DNA of 64,000 bases from the human T2T-CHM13v2.0 reference genome, Homo sapiens. The notes under the pieces are model-generated. The model did no database searches and was not told where the DNA came from. It was given only the letters and a program-made list of their open reading frames with translations. Position numbers and translations under genes: made by a program. Position 1 is the first letter of the stretch. Each line of letters opens with the position of its first letter. Shown piece after piece: positions 30,507 through 46,675 of the stretch. The stretch lies in assembly GCF_009914755.1 (NCBI RefSeq), contig NC_060944.1. One strand, 5' to 3'.

Positions 30507-31052
30507 TAATTCTTAAGTTGCCGTGAGTCACACATGTGAAGCATTGGGAACAGTGCCTGGTATGTGGCAATGTTAATGTGAATGTTAATTGGTACCGTGT
30601 TATCTTTATTAGTCAATTAAGAAGTCCTGCAGACAGGTGGTGGCTCCCAACTTCATGACCAGGAGTGGACATTTCTGAATCCAGGTGGTTGCAAGGGCAA
30701 TAGGGTGACCTGTTTTTAGTGCTGGCTGTGCCTTTTGTTGGATCTGTACCTTTGGAAAAGTCACTTACCCCTCTAAGCCTTAAGTTGCTCATCTGTAAAA
30801 TGGAGGTTAAAATCATCCTTACTTCAGGCCTGGCACAGTGGCTCAAAGCACATAATTTCAGGACTTTGGATGGCCAAGGCGGGAGGATTGCTTGAGGCAC
30901 TGAGTTCAAGACTAGCCTGGGCTGGCCAGGCGTGGTGGCTCACGCCTGTAATCCCAGCACTTTGGGAGGCGGGCGGATCACGAGGTCGGGAGATCGAGAC
31001 CATCCTGGCTAACACAGTGAAACCTCGTCTCTACTAAAAATACAAAAAATTA

Positions 31053-31271
<219 letters not shown>

Positions 31272-33069
31272 CTACAAAAAAATTGATAAATTAGCCGAGT
31301 GTGATGGCGCACACCTGTAGTCCCAAGTACTCAGGAGTCTGAGGCAGAAGCATCTCTTGAGCCCAGGAGTTGGAGGCTGCAGTGAGTTGTTATCACACCA
31401 CTGTACTCCAGACTGGGTGACAGAGGAGAGACCCTATTAAAAAAAAAATCCTCCTTACTTCATGGAGCTCTGTGAAGAATTCAATGACCTATTTAATACC
31501 TACTATATGCCCAGCACTGTTTTGAACACCACAGACAAAAACCTCTGCCCTCCTGGAGCTTGTGTGGAGCTAGTGCAGAGGGACAGAAATTAATAATAAT
31601 CACAGTAATCCTAATAAAATAAGAAAGCATATTTGTAAAGCACCTAGTGCCTGGCATGTGGTGAGCTCTCTAGAAGTAGTAGCAGTTAGGGTTATTATGT
31701 GAAAGCATTTTGTAAAGCTGGATAGCACAGCAGAGAGGTAGGTCTGAAGGTGACTGTGCCATGAGCATGTGGCCTTCATTGAAGCCTTACCTCATCTCTG
31801 CTCAATTGAATTTCATTCAGCCTCCAACGCCCCCATCTTGTTGCCTGGGTGAAATCTTTGTCTCAGGGTGTAGAGCTTTCTCCTTTCCTCTTTTCATCCA
31901 GCATTTACTGAATGCCACTTTGGGCTGAGCATCCTGCTGGGCGCTGGGGCTATTGAGCTGCAAAACCCAGAAGGAGCATGGTCAGGAGCCTGCAGGAGGG
32001 AGCCCAGGGCATTCTGGGAGCCTCGTGGCCATGCACATTAGAGCTAGACTGTGAAGGAACCTAGCTGCTGAGTTTTGCTTTTATTCTGCCAGGGGAGACT
32101 CTGAAGGCTTCTGAGCTGGGTGATAAAGTTCGTGGATAAACTAAGAGTTCACAACATTCTTGTTTAAGTACTGCATGGTAAAAGTAAATATTTGCATTAT
32201 GGTTAAATCCATAATCTATATTTAAGCACTGCAGTCAAACCAAAAAGCTACAAGATGGAGATGTAAAGGCATGTAGAGGAGCACAGACCTCAGGGCAAAT
32301 AACGTCTCCAATCGAAGACAGTACACTACTAAATTAGCAGGAAATGTAGCCAAATGGAGCAGGGAGGTTTTGAAGCCGGATAAACCAGGGTTGGCACTTA
32401 CTATCTGTTTTGAGCTATTGCACGTCTGGGGGAGGGTTAATACCCTGCAGGGTTGCTGAAGGGATTAAAGAAATATCCATCAAGTGCCTGGCACTTAATA
32501 GGCACACAATATGAGGCATATATTATTAGATATTAATAGCAATATTAAGATAAGTAGTGGAGCATCATGGAAAGAGTTCTTGTGTCAGCCAGCCCTGTGT
32601 TCAAATTCTGATACATCCAGAGCAAGCTTCTTAACCTTTCTGAGCCTTTAGTTGTCTCCTCACCTGCAAAATAAACAAGTAAGACCTCCTATGTAGGGTT
32701 GATGTAGGGAATAAATAAGAATATAGACTTTGTAGGCTATGTAATAGATGTTCAGTTAAGTGCTATTTTAAAACCAAAATGCAGTGAGCTCTATTGAAAT
32801 TTTTTGTTTGTTTGTTTATTTTTGAGACAGGGTCTTGCCCTGTTTCACAGGCTGAAGTGTGGTGGCACCATCTTAGTTCAGTGCAACATCCACCTCCCTG
32901 GTTCAAGTGATCCTTCCACCTGGGCCTCCCAAGTAGCCGGGAGTACAGGCGTGCACCACCATGCCCGGCTAATTTTTTGTATTTTGTGTAGAAACATGGT
33001 TTTGCAGGTGGGGCGCGGTTGCTCACGCCTGTAATCCCAGCACTTTGGGAGGCTGAGGGGAGTGGATCA

Positions 33070-33399
<330 letters not shown>

Positions 33400-33833
33400 T
33401 TAAGAAAGTAATTACAAATCACTGGAAACTCCGTTACCCAGAGCCAATGATTATCTTTTGGATACCTCTTTGTGCAAACTCTTTTAGTTTGACCATCATG
33501 GTATATGTAAATTTATTCTACTCACCTGTCCTATTTTCACTCAATGATATGTTGTGGACATATATCCAGTTAATTTAAATTTATATTATTGTTTTAAATC
33601 AGTACCTTGCATTATATTATATTATATTGTACCAGAATTTATTTAACACTATTGATGGTCATTGAAGCTACTTCCAGATTTTTACCATTTTATACAATGC
33701 TATATTAAGCAACCTTGGACAAAGATCACTGTTCGCTTGTTTAATTTCCTCCTGGAATAAATCACTGTACATGAATTACCAAATCAAAAGGTTTTCCCAT
33801 TATAATTTTATTAATTTTTTTTTTTTTTTTTGA

Positions 33834-33992
<159 letters not shown>

Positions 33993-34564
33993 TAGTAGAG
34001 ACGGGGTTTCTCCATGTTGGTCAGGCTGGTCTACCTCAGGTGATCCACCCGCCTCAGCCTCCCAAAGTGCTAGGATCACAGGCGTGAGCCACCATGGCCG
34101 GCTAAAATCTTTTAAATTGTTATTTTTTATAAAGAGACAGGGTCTCACTGTGTTGCCCAGGATGGTCTTGAACTCCTGGGCTCAAGCAGTCCTCTCACCT
34201 CAGCCTCCCAAAGTGCTGAGATTACAGGCGTGAGCCACCACTGTTGGCCTATAATTTTCTTGTGTTAGCCAGACTTGTGTTCAAATCCTGATACACCCAG
34301 AGCAAGTATGATTTTGTTACATATTGCTAACCTGCCTCCCAAATCAATTGTATGAATTTGCACTCCCATCAACAGTGCATGAGTTGTGTCTGTTTCCCTC
34401 CATCTTTGCTGAATTCTGCCAATCTTTTTAACCTTTGCCACTCTGATCTATTGAAAAATATCTCAATCTTGTTTTAATCTGTAGTTCCATTCCTAATGAG
34501 GCTGAAAATCTTTTCAAGTATTTATTTCCATTTGTATTTCTTCTTTTGTTAATAGCATGTTTAG

Positions 34565-34894
<330 letters not shown>

Positions 34895-35808
34895 TAACTT
34901 CCATATTGTGCTTAGGAAAACTGCCTAATTATTAAAATATAGTTAAAAGATTAATAGTTCCAGGATTATAAAAATATCCATTTGTTTCTTTCAATACTTT
35001 TATTGTTTCTTTTATCACATGTAAATTTTTGATCTAGGTGGAATTTATTTAGATTTAATGAGAGAGGTGGAGCTCTAGCTTAATTTTTCTCCAAGTGGCT
35101 AGTCTGTGGCTAGTCCCATTCTGTTTATTGACTTCTTTTTCTCCACCAGTTGGAAATGTCACCTTTATCATACACTACAATTCCTCATACACCTGGCTCT
35201 GTTTCTATACTCTGTTTGGTTTAATAGGACTGTATTTCTTTGTTGAAATTGCTGTTTTAGCTGTTGTAGCTATCTAATGCATTTTAATATCTGGTAGAAC
35301 AAGTCCCAGCTCGTTAATCTTCTTCAAAGTTTTCCTGGCAGTAGAGCAAAGTGGTAAAATTCATGGACCTTGAGGTCAGCCCGCCTGAGCTTTAATCCCA
35401 GGTTAGCCGCTAACTAGCTGTGTTACCTTGAACAAGTTATTTTTTTGCTCTCTGAACTTCTGCTTCCTCATCTGTATAATGTTAACAATAACAGTATCTA
35501 CCTCACAGTGTGTTTGTGAAGATGTGATGAGACGATGCATAGCAAGTCCTCAGGATGGCACCTGGCACATGGTGAGTGGTCAGTAAATGTTAGGTCTTTT
35601 TTTTTATGAAAATGATGCACCTATTTTTCCAGTTGAATTTTAGGATTGTTTTGACAATAAAATCTCACTGGGATCTTCATTGGGATGACATTTACTTGGT
35701 GGGATGATTTTGGGATAATTAATATCCACGTTATAGGACCTTCCACTCTAAGGAAAGCTCTGATTTCCACTGGTCCAAGATGTTATGCTCTTCAGTAGAG
35801 TTTTATAG

Positions 35809-36188
<380 letters not shown>

Positions 36189-36546
36189 TGATGTAATATT
36201 TTAATTGCTCTTGTGAATGGAATCCTTTTTTTCCCACCATTTTTTTTTCTCCCAACCCATTTTGGTTTTTTCTCCCAACCTATTTCCTGTTTTTGAGACA
36301 TGTCTCACTCTGTTGCCCAGACTGGAGTGCAATGGCATGATCAGAGGTCCCTGCAATGTTGAACTCCTAGGCTCAAGCAGCTCTCCTGCCCCAGCCTCCC
36401 AAGTAGCTGGGACTACAGGTGTGCATCACCATACCCAGCTAATTTATTTTATTTTTAGTATAGATGAAGTCTTGTTATATTGTGCAGGCTGGTCTTGAAC
36501 TCCTGGGCTGAAATTATACCCTTGCCTCAGCCTCCCAAAATGCTGA

Positions 36547-36861
<315 letters not shown>

Positions 36862-38098
36862 TAAAAGTTATTCATTTTTGAATGCTTATTTTGCACCCAA
36901 AGTGACTATAATTGTTGAGTTTGGAACTAATTTCTCCCCTACCTGGTGTCAGCTTTCAGACATCCCCTTCTGTCAACTCTAACAGCACCCCAGGCTTCTA
37001 TCTGCTAGGGCACCTACTACGTTGGCTTGCCATCATTTGTAATCCATCTGTGTAAACACAGGAACTGTGTCTATCTAGGCTGTAAGTCCCCAGGGCTCAG
37101 CACAGGGCTGGCATCCCAGTAAGAGGCTATCAGTGCCAATGGAAGAAGGTGCCCCATGCTGTATTACTGTTGTTTTCTGGGATAGAGGAGTCTTTCCTCT
37201 AGGATGGAGAGCAGAGCAGTGAAGAAGCAAGCAGTCCCTTACATCATCTGGCTGACTGTCTAATTTGGAGTAGACATTGAAGTCATCATTAATGTCAAGA
37301 GTGAATTAGATTTTTCATTATATGTTGAAGAACGCATTGAGTGGTATGGGAGGATGGACGGCTTAATGAATGTAGGAAATCAGGCAAAACCTTGCCAAAG
37401 AAATGACATTCAAGGAGACATCAAGGGTGACTCTGCAACCCTGTCTTGCTTTCCCTGCCCCAACTGCAGACCAGTCTTAGCACCCAGTTCTGCTTGAATG
37501 AATTCATTCAGAAAACGTTGACAAACACCTGTGTCAGGGCCTCTGCTGTTGGGTCTGGGGCCACAGGGTTGGGTAAGAGCCAATATATGAGCTCAGATCA
37601 TAGCTCTATTGAGCTGGTTGTTACAGGAGGTGGTCAAGACTTTGCTTGGGATCTGCCCAGCCCACCTTTCTGGCTTTGTCTCCTGCTCCTGCCCCTCTGG
37701 ACTGCTGGCCTGTCCCCAAGTGAACACACTTGCTCTTTCACACACAGACCCATGGAGACCACTCCCTATCATACTCACTGGCACTTCTACCCAGAATTCA
37801 CCTGAGCCACCCTCTTTCCTTTGGGCTTTCAAGGCCCAGCTAAAGTATTAGCTCCTCTGTGAAGGCTGCCCTCTCGGAGTTTGTTGCTGCCTCCTTGTCC
37901 AAAAGGACCTAAGATAATAGGTTTTAATAATGTGTACAGTTATTTATTTCCATCTCTAAGATCCCATTAGACCAGGGGCCCTCGGAGTCAGTGAGCTTGT
38001 CTTTGTGTTTTTGCTGGGACCTAATACACAATGGGTCACTCAGGAATTGCAATTAAAATGGGTCCAGAGAAATGTGACCTGCAAGAATAAAGGGATAG

Positions 38099-38198
38099 GG
38101 CAACCCACTCTGGTCCCCTTCCACGCTGTGGAAGCTTTGTTCTTTCGCTCTTCACAATAAATCTTGCTGCTGCTCACTCTTAAAAAAAAAAAAAAAAA
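38099..38198 (+). mobile_element. LTR12/ERV9 fragment with poly(A) tail and TSD
   Basis: ggcaaccc..gtccccttccacgctgtggaagctttgttctttcgctctt..caataaatcttgctgctgctcactc followed by A17. TSD aagaataaagggatag. Confidence 0.88.
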
Positions 38199-38544
38199 GA
38201 ATAAAGGGATAGAATGCAGAAGGAAGATGAAGATGTAAGGACAACTTAACTTAGAGCAGTGGTTCTGAACCCAGGCCTCCAGGAAGGCAGAACGGCAAAG
38301 GGGCAGAGGATGTGAGCTGTGTAGTTGAGGTAGTTGGGTTTGAATCCTGGCTCTGGCATCTATTAACTCCATAAACTGGGACATGTAGTTGTATTTCTTG
38401 GGGTTTCAAGAGGGGCCAGGAATACCTTGGAACACTATAGAGAATTTCATATAAATAGGTATAAGTTTTTCTGGAAAGAGAGTCCATTGCTTTTTAACAG
38501 GCTTCACAAAAGGTAAGCACCACTCAGAAGGGGAGACACTGTCT

Positions 38545-39333
<789 letters not shown>

Positions 39334-40170
39334 GTGCCTTAGAAAGAACTTGGAATGAGGAGCTTGGGGTTTAAATGTTGACTCCAGCAACAACCAATTG
39401 TGCAATCTTGGGAAAGTGTCTTTTCTTTACTGGCCCACTTTTCTCATTCACCTCGTATGATGGTTTTGGAATTCAAGAGTTAAGTCCTGTGAAAAGCCAT
39501 TTATATAAGCCCCCAACTTCACATTTAGTTATTAGAGGAAGAAAAGTCATTTAGGGTAGGGTGTAAGTTGATGTTTTTATTATAAATCATGGGAAACAAA
39601 GAAATAACCCATTCACCGCTCTCATCACTTGGGCACACCACCCGCTCAGCATTTTGATGTTAAAATACATTTTAAAGGTTCTTTTCCTTCTTTCACAGAG
39701 GAAATAATAGAGGAAATGGCTTAAACTGAGGCCAGAAGCATTATGGTGGATGTGAGTAAATCTCTGCATTATTAAGAGAGATTAAAAATTGGGATGGGTA
39801 CCTTATTGAGGTCCTGAAATCTATACTTGAAAACCTTAAAGCATCAGAGAGCTGCCATTTTCCGTGATTTCGGTAAAAAGCAGCTCAGGTTATCCTTCCT
39901 TTGAGGCCATTCTAGGGGGTCCCACAAATCTTTTTAAGCAAAATAAAAATATTAATAATTATTAAAGTTGTTTTCACATTGTTGAGGTATATTGCATTAA
40001 GAATGGAATTTGTTTTTCCATCATAAAAGTAGCACATACTAATTCTAGGTTTTGAAAATACAAATATAAAAAAGAAAAAATATTACCCATAGCTACTACC
40101 TTAATCTAAATGTTCTATGTTTTGCGGTTGAAATGAAAAAGAATTTTTTTCAATTAAAAAGTGTAATATG

Positions 40171-41286
<1,116 letters not shown>

Positions 41287-42622
41287 AAGTCATGCTCTCT
41301 ATCCATGAGCATCTTTATAACTTGCATAGATATATTTGGGTGAAATCCTGTCTTGGTCTTTCCCGATTCTCCCTGAGCAGGTTCCAAACATTGTTTAGGG
41401 CTCAAAGGGAAATTAGTCTTCAGAGTTTCTCCAATAAAGTAATTACGGAGATCGGGTCATTTATTCAACAGATTGGGTGCCTACCATGTGCCAAGACTGT
41501 GCCAGGCACTGGGGATATGATGATGAAACCAAAGATGCTAGCATGAACACAATCACTAAACCAAAGTCACACAAATAAATTAAATGTGGGAGGGACAAGG
41601 AGAGCTATACATGTACTGATCATCTGCTATGCTGGAAGTTTATTTAGCAAATGTAATCTTATTTAATCATCTGGACCCGAGGGAGGTAATCTGACCTCTC
41701 TGAATCTCAGCTTCATGTGAAAACGGGGATAATATTATTGAGAGAGAACATTTGTTACAGGGGCAAACCCTGTTCCAAGGTTTCTTTCACTCAAAGTATA
41801 AACAATGAGGCACTTTTTACACTTTAGACACTAAAACTTTTTGGAGGCAAAGAGGGCTGGTATTTAGTGAGTATCTGCTATGTGCTAGGCACTTTACAGA
41901 TATCTCATTTAATCTCAGTTCCATTCTTTGAATTTGCTATGTACCCTGCTGTCCAAATGACGGCACTGAGTCAGTGAGAGGTTTCATAACTTGCCCAAGG
42001 CCACAGAACTGGATGGAGAAAGACTGCAGAGATTCAAACCCAGGCCTGCTGACATGCAGAGCCAATGAGAATATATTATCTTGCAGTGCAGTTTATGGGA
42101 TATATGTGTCCCTTTGGGAATTCCTGGGTGTCTGCTGGTGGCCTGTTAACTTGGTTCTTGAATATGCACTTTGCTTATAACTGTGCAGTTTGAAAAGTGA
42201 CTCATCCCCAAACTAGGCAGGGTTGAGTGTCTGTCCTGTTTATCTTCCACATGCCACCTGCACTAACTTCTGAAGATAATCTATAATAAAAGCACTGTGA
42301 TTAAAAAACAGAAAAACACACACCAAAAATGTATAGGTTTGTCTGTTGGTGCTTCTGACAAGAAAATAAACTCATGAATCTCATTAACTTTAAAAAAATC
42401 ACATCTACTTAAGGTTTAATGACTAAAGCCAACTTTCTAACATATCTGTACCGTTCTCTGAACATACTGTTTTCACACTTAACTACGATGTTGTCACTTG
42501 TTTCTGTCTGATTCTGCAAGGGCAGAGACCTTGAAATATTCAAATCTGGATTCCCCCATGGTTTGACCCAGCTGAAGTCAGGCAGTGTTCGCTGAAAGAA
42601 ATAAAGGTGTTTCCATAATGCC

Positions 42623-43532
42623 TGTATTAGCTTTCTTTTGGGGCTGTAAGAAGTTACCACAGATTTAGTGTCATAAAACAATATTCATTTCTGTTTCACG
42701 CTTCTTGTGGGCCCGACGTCTGGATTCCATGGCTCAGCTGATTCTCTGCTTCCAGTCTCACGAGGCTGAAATCAAGGTGTCTATATTCCTTTCTAGAGAG
42801 TTGGGGAGGGGGTATAATCTGTTCCCAAGTTCATTCAGCTTGTCAGAATTCAGCTCTGTGAGGTTGTAGGACTGAAGTCCCCATTTCCTTGCTGGCTCTT
42901 GGCAGGACTTCCTCTGAGCTTTTGGAGGCTGCCTGGATTCCCTGGCTTGTGGCCACTTTCAAAGCCAGTAACAGTGGGTTGAATTCCTCTCATACTTTGA
43001 ATTTAATTCCTCTGCCTCATCTCTCCAAAACATCTCTTTTGCCTCCCTTTTGTGCTTTTAAGGGTTCATGTGATTACACTGGGCTCACCCATATAATACG
43101 GAATCATCTAATTTTAAGGGCTTTATTTCCATTGGCAAAATATCTTTTGCCAAAGAATGCTGGCTGGTAATCCCAGCACTTTGGGAGGCCGAGATGGGTG
43201 GATCACCTGAGGTCAGGAGTTCAAGACCAGCCTGGCCAACATGGAGAAACCCAGTCACTACTAAAGATACAAAAATTAGCTGGGCATGGTAGCGCATGCC
43301 TGTAATCTCAGCTACTTGGGAGGCTGAGGCAGGAGGATTGCATGAACCCAGGAGGCGGAGGTTGCAGTTAGCCAAGATCACGCCACTGCACTCCAGCCTG
43401 GGTAACACAGCGAGACTCTGTCTCAAAAAATAAATAAATAAATAAATAAAAAAGCAACATATTCACAGGTTCCAGGGACTAGGACTTGGACAGTTTTGGG
43501 CAAGCGGGGAAGACATTATTCTGTCTACCACA
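42623..43532 (-). mobile_element. MLT1D/E-like LTR interrupted by Alu (+43162-43452)
   Basis: tgtattag..gctgtaa..ttaccaca start, gctgaaatcaaggtgt internally, attctgtctaccaca end. Confidence 0.75.
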
Positions 43533-45092
43533 GTACCTGTATTAAACATGTAAATTTCAGTTATTCCCTGTAGGTCAGAGGGCAGTAAAGCTACTTCAGA
43601 AGACATCGGAAAGAAGCCAAATGACTTGCCAAAGAGTACTGTATCAGCCGTAGATTGAAAAAAAAGAAGTTAAAAATCCTTTGTAAAAAATCAAGGCAAA
43701 CAGTTTTTTGAGGGACAGTAGTTCCTCCTTTCTCTCAGGGTAAAGCTAGAGAGATTTTTAAGAGGTGTCTTATTCTAACTTGCAGTCTTTTCCCTTTGTA
43801 GGATTTTGCTTACCGGACTCACAAGTTTTCTGTGACCAGTATTAGAAGCAGAAAACACTGAACCCCTTGGCGTTAGAGTTTGGGCTACACCATAATGGTC
43901 TCCTATCAATACTGGCTCTCGCTACGTGTTAACATTAGGGAGTGGAGAGTGTGTTTCCTCACCCAGGGAAACCGTTTAAATGTGGCCACTGATCCTGCCT
44001 TCATAGTTTTTAAGAGCTGGCATCAATCCAACTCCGGACGGACTCTAGAAATGTTTCTGGACAACGACTGAACCTATAGTTACAGAAAACCTATGTGCTG
44101 GGCGCTCTGAATTTCATTTCAGGTTCTAAAACTAAGGCTCAGAGAGGCTAAGTATATTGCCTATTGTTTCTCAGCTGGTAATAACAGCTACCATTTATTA
44201 AACATTTGCTCTATGCCAGGCGCCATATCATACGGACCTGATAATGTCAAGATCTCCCTTCACATCCTCTTCCAATCTGTCAAGAATTGTATGTTAATTT
44301 TAATTCCAATAATGCCATGAAATACAAGACAAATGCAGATCAGAAAACTGAGGCTCAGAGAGGTTGAGTGGACAGCCAGGGAGTGACTCAGCCAAGATTC
44401 CAGTCTAGGTCCGCTGGACTCCAGGGCCTGAATTCTCTCCAGGGTACTGCCTCTAAAAACGCCCTCAGGTGCATTCTGGTCAGTATGGCCCCAGAGTCCA
44501 AGTTCTTTACACGACCCGTCAACATATCACCAAGTTCCTAAGAACGCTCTAGGCTGCTGGTGCAGGCTCTGCAAATACACAGCGGCCTGAAAGCACAGGA
44601 AGAAATGAAGAACCGTCTAAGTCCATCAGCCGTGGAATAACCGTTTTACTGGTATGAGGGTCTTTTTGTCTCATTATTATGTGGCAGTGAGTCATTTAGA
44701 GGTGACCAAAAGGGAAAGTCCTGCCTCTCGTCCCCTACGAGAAGTGTAGGTAAGAACCGTTTAGGCGAGGAGAAGCACGAAGTGGGAACTGCGAGTCGAG
44801 CTCCCCATCCTCACTCCCCACCCGCACCCGCCAGGAGGTCCTGAAGCAAAAAGCACCGAAGGGGTTAAGGGTGGCCGGGGGAGCCCAGCCACCGCCCCTT
44901 CCCAGCATCGCCTCCCAGAATCCCGCAGGCCCCCAGCCAGTTCTCGCACCTCGCGAGACTCCACCCAGCCCCTTCCCCGAACAGCGACCCGTCCCCGTTC
45001 CTAGCTGAGGTCGGTGCTAGGCGGAGGACGCGAGAGGGAGAGCGGAAGGGGGCCGCCGGGCACGCCGGGAAGTGTGGTCCACGCGCTTCACG

Positions 45093-45109
45093 CGGCCATA
45101 TTCTTCCGG
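45093..45109. promoter_or_regulatory. Adjacent YY1-like (GGCCATATT) and ETS-like (CTTCCGG) motifs
   Basis: Motif match by eye. A second GC-box plus YY1 pair (GGGGCGGGGCCATCTT) lies at ~45823-45838. Confidence 0.5.
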
Positions 45110-45137
45110 AGCGGGGGAGGCCAGAGAGGCCGTTGGG

Positions 45138-45152
45138 ACTACGACTCCCAGG
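45138..45152 (+). promoter_or_regulatory. ZNF143/THAP11-type ACTAYRNNNCCCR promoter motif
   Basis: ACTACGACTCCCAGG matches the consensus. Further SBS-like TCCCAG-N-AT cores at 44899-44926. Confidence 0.75.
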
Positions 45153-45369
45153 CGCCCTTTCGGTTTGTTTTTGTTCAAAAAAAAAAAACCCCACACTCCC
45201 CCTCCTCACTCTTCACACACACTCACACACACCCACGGCAGACACGCACGCACCCGGGCGCCGAAGGGAAAGCCGCGTCTCGCCCTCCCGCCCCGCCGTC
45301 GGTCCTGTCTCAGTCCCTCAGCAGAGCGGGAAAGCGGAGGCCGGAGCCGTGACCTCTGACCCCGTGGTT

Positions 45370-45393
45370 ATGCGGAGCCGCCGCATTCCTTAG
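45370..45393 (+). other. uORF in ASXL1 5'UTR (MRSRRIP*)
   Basis: ATG CGG AGC CGC CGC ATT CCT TAG with a purine at -3. It is the only upstream ATG I see between the TSS region and 45660. Confidence 0.6.
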
Positions 45394-45659
45394 CGATCGC
45401 GGGGCAGCCGCCGCTGCCGCCGTGGGCGACTGACGCAGCGCGGGCGCGTGGAGCCGCCGCCGCCCCTCCCCCACCGCCGCTCTCGCGCCAGCCGGTCCCC
45501 GCGTGCCCGCCCCTTCTCCCCGGCCGCACCCGAGACCTCGCGCGCCGCCGCTGCCACGCGCCCCCCCCACCGCCGCCGCCGCCCCAGCCCCGCGCCACCG
45601 CCCCAGCCCGCCCAGCCCGGAGGTCCCGCGTGGAGCTGCCGCCGCCGCCGGGGAGAAGG

Positions 45660-45716
45660 ATGAAGGACAAACAGAAGAAGAAGAAGGAGCGCACGTGGGC
45701 CGAGGCCGCGCGCCTG
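45660..45716 (+). CDS. ASXL1: ASXL1 exon 1, coding part
   Basis: ATG...CTG|gtgagg, 57 nt. Encodes MKDKQKKKKERTWAEAARL, the ASXL1 N-terminus. Confidence 0.98.
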
Positions 45717-46262
45717 GTGAGGCGGACAGCCGAGGGGGGCTCCGTGGGGCCCGGGGTGGGGGGGGCTCGCCGCGCACCCCCCCACTGGGGGGGGAGGGGC
45801 AAGGCCCTGCCCACCGCGGGAGGGGGCGGGGCCATCTTCCTTTAAGAACGGGACAGCCCCGCAAGGCGAGGGGTGGGGAGCGCTCCGCCGGGATGGGATG
45901 TGGCGCCTTTTTCCGCTCGCCCTCGCGCCCCCCCCGCCCCGCGCAGCTAAATTCCGGCGGAGGGGCGAGCTGGCAGGCCGGCTCCTCCCACTCTGGGCAG
46001 CGGGGTCCCGCGTCCCCTCCCCCACTATTTGGCAGCGTCTGGGGGTCTGGGGCAGCTTCGTTCATTCACCCGGGGGAGTTGGGTTTCCGGGAAGGGTCGG
46101 AAGCTCCTCCCTCGCTTCCTGGTGGGTAATGGGGTGGTGCCTTTGACTCCGGGGGTGGAAAAGCGACCCCACATTCAAGGACGCCAATGGCATGTTGAGC
46201 TTTCCCAATCTAAACCAGGTGCGTGGAGGGAAGCAAGTGCTTACTCCCAGCTTGAACCCTGA

Positions 46263-46450
46263 GCAGCGGTTCTCTAACTTTAGTGTCCTGTGGGCGACAC
46301 CTGGGAGGCGGTTAGGAACGCTACTCCTAGGGCCCTTCGTAAGACCTGCTGAGCCTCAGGGTCTGGGATAGAGCCTGGGAATCTGCGCTTTCACCAGCTT
46401 CCCAGGTGATTCAAACGCAGTGGCTCACGGACCCCACTTTGAGAAACGCA
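46263..46450. mobile_element. MER5-family hAT element, CpG-retaining, at the island shore
   Basis: gcagcggttctc.aacttt...gggcctgggaatctgc-like core...cactttgagaaac. Confidence 0.7.
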
Positions 46451-46630
46451 GACTGGGCTGTTTGCCTTCAGAAGCTGGACTGGAAATTGGTATTTTGAGG
46501 AGAACTGAATCCACTTTGCAAAGAATGTATGTTGGACAAAGACAAAGTATCTCTGTTGGGAGACGTTGTTCACTGAGGATTTAGCAAGGGAGAGCGTAAC
46601 TTGAGTGTTTGAAGCCGTCTCGTTCAACCG

Positions 46631-46675
46631 ATGGGGGTTGTGAATTTTGTGTTCAGAGCGTCAGAGGACTTGCAG
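46631..46675 (+). CDS. ASXL1: Candidate alternative first coding exon of ASXL1 (MGVVNFVFRASEDLQ)
   Basis: ATGG...TTGCAG|gtgaaa, 45 nt. Phase-0 donor is compatible with exon 2; lies at the CpG island shore. Confidence 0.5.

Larger units (their letters stand above)
44750..46130. promoter_or_regulatory. ASXL1: CpG island / ASXL1 promoter, TSS region ~45215-45240
   Basis: Very high GC and CpG density around the first coding exon, no TATA box. TSS position is approximate and partly recalled. Confidence 0.92.

Noticed and set aside
44761-46262. Many overlapping 70-250 aa ORFs on both strands of the CpG island
   Set aside because: Expected from stop-poor GC-rich DNA. Only 45660-45716 matches a known protein.
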